DNA of 40,910 nt from an uncultured Clostridia bacterium (GTDB lineage Bacteria > Bacillota > Clostridia > Oscillospirales > Acutalibacteraceae): positions 1-40,910 of the forward strand of contig CANONE010000001.1 in the NCBI GenBank assembly GCA_947567585.1, written 5' to 3'. This document shows positions 35,729 through 40,910 of this stretch, in pieces; the first letter of the stretch is position 1; each line of letters opens with the position of its first letter. The position numbers and the translations under genes are program-made. Below the pieces are notes generated by a model that saw nothing but the letters and a program-made list of their open reading frames with translations, made no database searches and was not told the DNA's origin.

Positions 35729-36603
35729 ATTACATCCTCCTTCATACAGTCCTCCGCCCAGGGGAACGCTCTGCGCATATCCTCCGGCAGCCTCCGGCAG
35801 AATTTCCGGTCCATTCCTAACGCTGGGCAAACAACAGCCAGCCGCCCCATATGCAGCGCCTGCCTGGAGATCAGGGCGCGGCTCCCGCCATAGAGATCGT
35901 CCCCGGCCAAGGGACGCCCAATATGGGCCATGTGTACCCGGATCTGGTGAGTGCGTCCGGTTTCCAGCCGCAGGGCCAGCAGCGTGTGTCCATCGGCGGC
36001 GGCCAGGGCTTGCCAGTGGGTCACCGCCCGCCGGCCTTCTTTGCAGCTGCGGAGAATCCTGCTTCCCGGCGCCAGCCCAATGGGGCAGTCCACGGTGCCG
36101 CTCCCCTTCAGAATGCCCTCGCACACCGCCCAGTATTCCTTTTCCAACCTGGCCCCGGCCGCGATCACGCTTTTAGCGATCAGCACCAGCCCGCTGGTGT
36201 CTCTGTCCAACCGGTACAAAGGGCGTATTCTGCCCTGCTGCCCAGTAGAGCGGTAATGCTCCGCAGCCGCGTTCAGCAGACTGTCCCGGTCGTGGCCCGG
36301 CGAGGGGTGAATGGGCATTCCCGGAGGCTTATCGACCAAAATATAGTCTTCATCCTCATATATCACCGCAATAGGCAGGGCAGCCGGGGGATAGTCCCCT
36401 TTCTCCGGCCGCAGGGGGAAAGACAAAAGGTCTCCGGTCCGCAAAGGGGCGTTCGCCTGGCGGGGCTGGCCGTTTATAAGGATTCCCCCCGGGTATTTTT
36501 GGGCTTTCAGGGCGGAAGAGGAAATTTGCAGATAGCCCCTGGCAAAGCTTCGCACCAGGGCCCCGTCCCACTCCTCCGGCACAGTCCAGGAAAGGACCCG
36601 CAC
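35713..36603 (-). CDS. RluA family pseudouridine synthase
   Basis: DKPPGMPIHP, YRLDRDTSG, LETGRTHQIRVHM, GDDLYG, QALH. Confidence 0.93.
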   Translation of the reverse strand: MRVLSWTVPEEWDGALVRSFARGYLQISSSALKAQKYPGGILINGQPRQANAPLRTGDLLSFPLRPEKGDYPPAALPIAVIYEDEDYILVDKPPGMPIHPSPGHDRDSLLNAAAEHYRSTGQQGRIRPLYRLDRDTSGLVLIAKSVIAAGARLEKEYWAVCEGILKGSGTVDCPIGLAPGSRILRSCKEGRRAVTHWQALAAADGHTLLALRLETGRTHQIRVHMAHIGRPLAGDDLYGGSRALISRQALHMGRLAVVCPALGMDRKFCRRLPEDMRRAFPWAEDCMKEDVICPLV

Positions 36604-37478
36604 TAGCTTTCCCTGCCTGTCAGGGACAAGGCAAATTCTGTCAGGAAGCCGTTGTCTTCCGGAAAGATTCCCAATGCCTCCACCGCTTGCCGGGTATAGG
36701 ACTCAACCAAATCCTGGGCGGCCTCCGCTCCCAACAGGGTGACATAATTGCGCTTCTCATGGGCCGCGTCCATACCCGTGTACTTCCCCAGCTTTTCCGC
36801 ATCCCCCAGCACGTCCAGGATATCGTCCCGAATCTGAAAAGCCATCCCCACCCCTTGGGCATACCGGAAGGCCGCGGCCATCTGGGCCTCTCCGGCCCCG
36901 GCGGCAATGCATCCCATGCGGCAGGCGGCGGCAATCAGGGCAACGGTCTTTCCCGCGTCCATCTCCCGCAGCAGGTCCATGCCCACTTCCCGGCCGTCCG
37001 CCTCCAAATCAATGCACTGGCCTCCTACCATGCCCCGGTGGCCGCCAAGCTCCGCTAGGGCCTTTGCGGCGGCGGCGGCCTTCTCGGGCTCTGGAAAGCC
37101 CAGCACCGTCTCAAAGGCTTTGGTCAGCAGGCCGTCTCCCGCCAGAAGAGCCATGGCCTCTCCATACACCCTGTGGCAGGCGGGCCGCCCCCGGCGCATA
37201 TCGTCGTCGTCCATACAGGGCAGGTCATCATGAATCAGCGAGTAGCAATGGACCATCTCAATGCCGCAGGCAAAGGGAAGGGCCTCCCGCCAGTGCCCGC
37301 CGCACAGCTTACAGAAAGCCAGGGCCAGCACCGCCCGTACCCGCTTGCCGCCGGCCAGCAGGCTATAGCGCATAGCCTCCACTACGGTGGCGGTAAGCTC
37401 GCCCTCCTTGGGGGCGGGCAGGGCCTCTTCCAGGGCCAGCTCTACAGCTTCCCGATACGCTTGGGCTCTCTCATTCAT
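36603..37478 (-). CDS. ispA: Farnesyl diphosphate synthase / polyprenyl synthetase
   Basis: GGKRVR, SLIHDDLPCMDDDDMRRGR, GGQCID, FQIRDDILD; follows xseB. Confidence 0.95.
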   Translation of the reverse strand: MNERAQAYREAVELALEEALPAPKEGELTATVVEAMRYSLLAGGKRVRAVLALAFCKLCGGHWREALPFACGIEMVHCYSLIHDDLPCMDDDDMRRGRPACHRVYGEAMALLAGDGLLTKAFETVLGFPEPEKAAAAAKALAELGGHRGMVGGQCIDLEADGREVGMDLLREMDAGKTVALIAAACRMGCIAAGAGEAQMAAAFRYAQGVGMAFQIRDDILDVLGDAEKLGKYTGMDAAHEKRNYVTLLGAEAAQDLVESYTRQAVEALGIFPEDNGFLTEFALSLTGRES

Positions 37479-37686
37479 CGTCTTCCTCCTCCGGCTGCAA
37501 TACCGCCAATTCCCTGATTTTCAGCTCCGCTCTGTCCAGGGTGTTATAGCATAGAGCGGAAAGCTTCGCTCCCTCTTCAAACAGCGCCATGGCCTCCTCA
37601 AGAGGAGCCTCGCCGCTTTCCAGCCGGGCCACAATCTCCTGTAGGCGGCCCATGGCGTCTTCAAATTTCAACTTCTTCGCGGGCAT
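37471..37686 (-). CDS. xseB: Exodeoxyribonuclease VII small subunit
   Basis: FEDAMGRLQEIVARLESGEAPLEEAMALFEEG; position between xseA and ispA. Confidence 0.95.
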   Translation of the reverse strand: MPAKKLKFEDAMGRLQEIVARLESGEAPLEEAMALFEEGAKLSALCYNTLDRAELKIRELAVLQPEEEDDE

Positions 37687-37716
37687 AGTGTGTGGTTCCT
37701 TTCTGTGTGCTTTTTA

Positions 37717-37776
37717 AGGCCGCGAGACGCTGTCTCGCGCTCTGCCACTTTTGAAAAAGTGGACAAAACTTTTTAT
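37717..37776 (+). repeat. Double-hairpin intergenic repeat, copy C
   Basis: AGGCC-GCGAGAC-GCT-GTCTCGC-GCTCTG-CCACTTTT-GA-AAAAGTGG-ACAAAACTTTTTA. Confidence 0.7.
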
Positions 37777-37877
37777 ACCGGACTTTCTTGCTTGGTACCT
37801 TTTAGCCTGGCGGGCGGGCAGTTGGCGGGAGTTGGGCTGGCCCAAAATGGGCTGTTCCGCTTTCATACGGCGGTTTT

Positions 37878-39071
37878 CTATAGAAGCTTGGCTTCACGCC
37901 GGCCTTTTTCCGCCCGCAGGGTAACCTTTGCCCCGCTGGGAAGAGCCTCCAGGTCCCGGACGGCTTTCCCTTCATGGAAGACCACCGAGTACCCTCTGGC
38001 CAACACCTTTAGGGGGCTCAGGGCGTCCAGCTTGCCGGAGGCCAGGGCCAGGGCTTTTCTGCCCTCCTCCAGCCGGGCCCCGCATAGCCGTTCCAGGTTC
38101 CGGGTAAGATCTGTCAGGTCCTGCCGCCGCTGAACCATATACGCCTCCGGCCTGGATAGAGGGGACTCCCGCACCAACAGGTCCACCGCCTGACGCATAG
38201 CCGCGATGGTATCCTCGGCCTTGTCCTTGAAATACCGGTTATAGGCCCGCACCTTGTCCAGCTCCGCGTACAGCTCCGGCGTACACAGCTCGGCGGCGGC
38301 GCTGGGGGTGGGGGCCCGCAGGTCGGCGGCAAAGTCACAGATGGTAAAGTCCGTCTCATGCCCCACGGCGGAGACTACGGGAATCCGGGAGGCCGCCACC
38401 GTCCGGGCCAGCTTTTCGTCGTTAAAGGCCCACAGGTCCTCCAAAGAGCCACCCCCCCGGCCTATGATGATAACGTCGCAGCTCCCCTCCTGGTTCAGGG
38501 CCTCCAAGGCCGCCGCCAACTGGCCGGGAGCTTTCTCCCCCTGCACCAGCACCGGGCAGAGGACCACCTCCGCTACCGGCCAGCGCCGGGAAATAATCTG
38601 CAAAATATCCTGCACCGCCGCACCGGTAGGGGAAGTCACCACACCGATACGCTGGGGGCAGGCCGGCAGCGGGCGCTTGCGTTCCTGGTCAAAGAGGCCC
38701 TGGGCGGCCAGCCTGGTTTTCAGCTGCTCAAAGGCCAGGGCCAGCGCCCCCACTCCATCCGGCTGCATGTCCTGGACGTAAAGCTGGTACTGCCCCGACG
38801 CTTCATATACGGAAACCCTTCCCCGGGCAATCACCCGCATCCCGTCTCCAGGACGGAACTGTAGGCGCCGGGCGGAATTGGCGAACATCACCGCCTTGAG
38901 CACCGAGCTCTCGTCCTTCAGGGAAAAGTACAGGTGTCCCGAGCGGTAGTGGCCGGAAAAATTGGAAATTTCCCCGGCAATGATAATATCGTTGAGCCTG
39001 CCGTCCCCTTCAATCAGCGATTTCAAAAAGCGGTTTACTTGGGTGACGGTTAGAGCTGTTGTCTGATTCAT
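37878..39071 (-). CDS. xseA: Exodeoxyribonuclease VII large subunit
   Basis: GEISNF, SGHLYFSLKD, VTSPTGAA, GRGGGSLEDLWAFN, VGHETD, APTPSAAAE, SPLKVLARGY. Confidence 0.97.
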   Translation of the reverse strand: MNQTTALTVTQVNRFLKSLIEGDGRLNDIIIAGEISNFSGHYRSGHLYFSLKDESSVLKAVMFANSARRLQFRPGDGMRVIARGRVSVYEASGQYQLYVQDMQPDGVGALALAFEQLKTRLAAQGLFDQERKRPLPACPQRIGVVTSPTGAAVQDILQIISRRWPVAEVVLCPVLVQGEKAPGQLAAALEALNQEGSCDVIIIGRGGGSLEDLWAFNDEKLARTVAASRIPVVSAVGHETDFTICDFAADLRAPTPSAAAELCTPELYAELDKVRAYNRYFKDKAEDTIAAMRQAVDLLVRESPLSRPEAYMVQRRQDLTDLTRNLERLCGARLEEGRKALALASGKLDALSPLKVLARGYSVVFHEGKAVRDLEALPSGAKVTLRAEKGRREAKLL

Positions 39072-39088
39072 TTGGTTTATCCTCGCTT

Positions 39089-39149
39089 AAGGTCATGAGG
39101 TTCCGCCCCACACCCCGCAGCCTTTGAAAAGGCTGACGAAACTTTTTAT
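39089..39149 (+). repeat. Double-hairpin intergenic repeat, copy D
   Basis: AGGTCATGAGGTTCCGCCCCACACCCCG-CAGCCTTT-GA-AAAGGCTG-ACGAAACTTTTTA. Confidence 0.7.
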
Positions 39150-39206
39150 GCCGTTTTTGCTTGGCGGCCTTGGCTATGGCGGGCGGACAGGCGGTTTCTT
39201 GGACGC

Positions 39207-40127
39207 TTATTCTGCCGCTTGGCAAGCTAGAATGGCGGGGCCTGCGGCGTTGTCGCTGGAAAAGCTGGGGGCGGCGAAGGCGGCTTGGTATTTGTCCTCT
39301 AAGCGCCGGCGGAGGATTTGGTTGCCGCACACGCCGCCGGAGAAGACTACGGGGAGGTTCCCCAGCTCTTTTAGAAGGCAGGAGCACATCCCGTCCAAGG
39401 CGGCGGCAATGGATTCTATACAGTGGCGGGCCGTTTCCTCTGGGGGGCGGCCCTTTTCTATCATGGCGCGGCACTGGTTCTCTATGCCGGAAAGGGAGCA
39501 GTCCGCCCCACGCAGCACAGGCTTTACGCGGACCGGGCTCCGCCAATTCAAGGCCAGCTTCTCCAGCTCCGGGCCGCAGGGAAAGGCAAGCCCCAGCATC
39601 AGTCCCACCCGGTCCACTGCCTGGCCGGCTTTTAAATCCAGGGACCGCGCGGCCAGCCGGGCGCTTGGGCCTTGGACCCCGCCAGGAGAAACCACCACGG
39701 CCTCCGTCGTGCCGCCGGATACATGAAAGGCCAGAAATTCACGGCCCAGCAAATCCAACCGTTCCGCAGAGTAAAGGGCGGCGGCAATGTGTCCCTGTTG
39801 ATGGGAAAACCCGTATACCGGCAAAGAAAGGGCGGCGCCCAGAGCCTGGGCAAAGCCTTTTCCCACAAGAAAGCAAGGCATATAAGAGCCTTCTGTCTGG
39901 CGCGGCGTGACGGATACTCCCACGGCCCTCAGGCTCTCCGCCGGCAAAAGGTCTTTTAAAAGCTCTGGCAGCTGCCGGGTATGATGGAACACCGCGTCCC
40001 TTTGCCGTAGCCCCTTCTCCCCCGGCGCTACAGGCAGGGGAAGCTTCCGGTTTTCCAGCACCCGCTCTCCGTCGTACAGCGCGGCGGAGGTGGTATAATT
40101 GCTGGTATCAATCCCCAAGACGGTCAC
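39207..40127 (-). CDS. TsaD/Kae1-like (peptidase M22 family) paralog
   Basis: LGIDTSNYTTS, SHQQGH, HVSGGTTE, AGQAVDRVG, SGGVCGN, SDNA. Confidence 0.88.
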   Translation of the reverse strand: MTVLGIDTSNYTTSAALYDGERVLENRKLPLPVAPGEKGLRQRDAVFHHTRQLPELLKDLLPAESLRAVGVSVTPRQTEGSYMPCFLVGKGFAQALGAALSLPVYGFSHQQGHIAAALYSAERLDLLGREFLAFHVSGGTTEAVVVSPGGVQGPSARLAARSLDLKAGQAVDRVGLMLGLAFPCGPELEKLALNWRSPVRVKPVLRGADCSLSGIENQCRAMIEKGRPPEETARHCIESIAAALDGMCSCLLKELGNLPVVFSGGVCGNQILRRRLEDKYQAAFAAPSFSSDNAAGPAILACQAAE

Positions 40128-40537
40128 GGCCGCGCCTCCCGCTGCTCCTGAGAACGGACCACAGTGCCCAGCACGCCGTTGATGTAGGCGGGGTCCCCCT
40201 GGCCGCCATAGGTCTTGGCCAGCTCCACCGCCTCGTTGATGGACACGCTGGCCGGGATGGAATCCACAAGCAAAATCTCATAGACCGCCATGCGCAAAAG
40301 CGCCAGCGCCACCTTGGAAAGCCTCTTGAGGCTCCATCCCCGGACGCACCCGCTGATGACGGCGTCCAGCTTCTCCTGGTTTTCTTCTACGCCATAGGCC
40401 AGCTCCTCCGTAAAGGAATTGGGCGCAAGGTCCCTGGCCTCGGCGGCGGCGGCAATGATCTCTTCCATCCCGCAGCCGCTTACCGCCTGTTCAAACAGCA
40501 GGCAAAACGCCTGCTCTCTGGCTTCCCGTCTTGTCAT
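40124..40537 (-). CDS. nusB: Transcription antitermination factor NusB
   Basis: MTRREARE, WSLKRL, LLRMAVYE, VSINEAVELAKTYG, YINGVLG. Confidence 0.97.
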   Translation of the reverse strand: MTRREAREQAFCLLFEQAVSGCGMEEIIAAAAEARDLAPNSFTEELAYGVEENQEKLDAVISGCVRGWSLKRLSKVALALLRMAVYEILLVDSIPASVSINEAVELAKTYGGQGDPAYINGVLGTVVRSQEQREARP

Positions 40538-40577
40538 AAAACATCCTCCCGTTTCCCCCTGACTTACTTATTTTTCT

Positions 40578-40606
40578 ATTTTACCACATTTTCCCGGAAA
40601 CTACAA
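40578..40606 (-). promoter_or_regulatory. Sigma-A promoter of the nusB operon
   Basis: TTGTAG-17bp-TAAAAT with TG extension. Confidence 0.6.
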
Positions 40607-40666
40607 CCGCCGCGGAAAGTTTTATCTGCGCGGGGTCTTCAAAAACAAAACCGCCTGATTCAAGCC

Positions 40667-40708
40667 AAAAAAAGGGCCGGTGGATCCGATTACTCCACCA
40701 GCCTTTTT
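40667..40708 (-). terminator. Rho-independent terminator
   Basis: Minus strand GGCTGGTGGA...TCCACCGGCC followed by a T7 run. Confidence 0.75.
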
Positions 40709-40745
40709 GTATTCACGCCTACTTTTTATAACCGCTTGGTTAATG

Positions 40746-40871
40746 TCAAACATCAATCCAATAGGGATCGACCCAGCAGCCCTTGGTCTCGTTCCAACGG
40801 CGGTACTGCAATCTCCCCTGATAAATCCGCGTTTTTGTAACAATAACATCGGCCAGTGGCATAATATCCAT
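40746..40871 (-). CDS. 41-aa Trp-rich small protein, not in the ORF track
   Basis: MDIMPLADVIVTKTRIYQGRLQYRRWNETKGCWVDPYWIDV; AAAGGAG upstream, terminator downstream. Confidence 0.7.
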   Translation of the reverse strand: MDIMPLADVIVTKTRIYQGRLQYRRWNETKGCWVDPYWIDV

Positions 40872-40910
40872 TTACGCCCCACTCTCCTTTCTATACTCAA
40901 TGCCATCTGA

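Noticed and set aside
35729..36124. N-terminal extensions in the ORF track (also 26067-26378, 28507-28638, 30520-30912)
   Set aside because: They overlap other genes or promoters; better RBS-linked starts lie downstream.
7363..39149. CRISPR or diversity-generating retroelement explanation for the repeats and skew
   Set aside because: Copies are dispersed without spacers; no cas or reverse transcriptase gene and no template/variable repeat pair in the window.
40622..40910. ORF-track ORFs 40622-40906 (-) and 40680-40910 (+)
   Set aside because: Both overlap the terminator hairpin and lack a supporting RBS; the 41-aa frame is better supported.

Overview
GC-rich (about 60% by eye) chromosomal segment of a spore-forming Clostridia-class bacterium (spmAB, nusB-xseAB-ispA order; Oscillospiraceae-like by inference). 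The content is mostly housekeeping and accessory metabolism: a stalk-domain surface protein and two GNATs, a pyr operon (pyrC-pyrF-X-pyrK-pyrD) running on into a phosphatase, ruvX and an AraC gene, an OmpR/ABC/histidine kinase module, trkAH, ridA, a GH140-like plus esterase pair, nfnAB plus NUDIX, a 2-hydroxyacid dehydrogenase, YdcF, FNT, MerR, YpsA, spmAB, pepV, and nusB-tsaD-like-xseA-xseB-ispA-rluA-ZnPLC-GH29. I saw no rRNA, tRNA, CRISPR array, transposase or integrase. Most notable: (1) four copies of a ~60-bp double-hairpin repeat with covarying stems, each followed by a same-strand G+T-skewed tract that reaches into synonymous codon positions of neighbouring genes; (2) an in-frame peptidase S51 (PepE-like)::PyrD fusion; (3) a 164-bp TA-bounded MITE-like element; (4) a CoA-disulfide-reductase pseudogene with a visible microhomology deletion junction; (5) small ORFs below the ORF-track cutoff; (6) a 52-bp perfect fold-back at the window start. 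All product calls are from motif recognition, not database searches.
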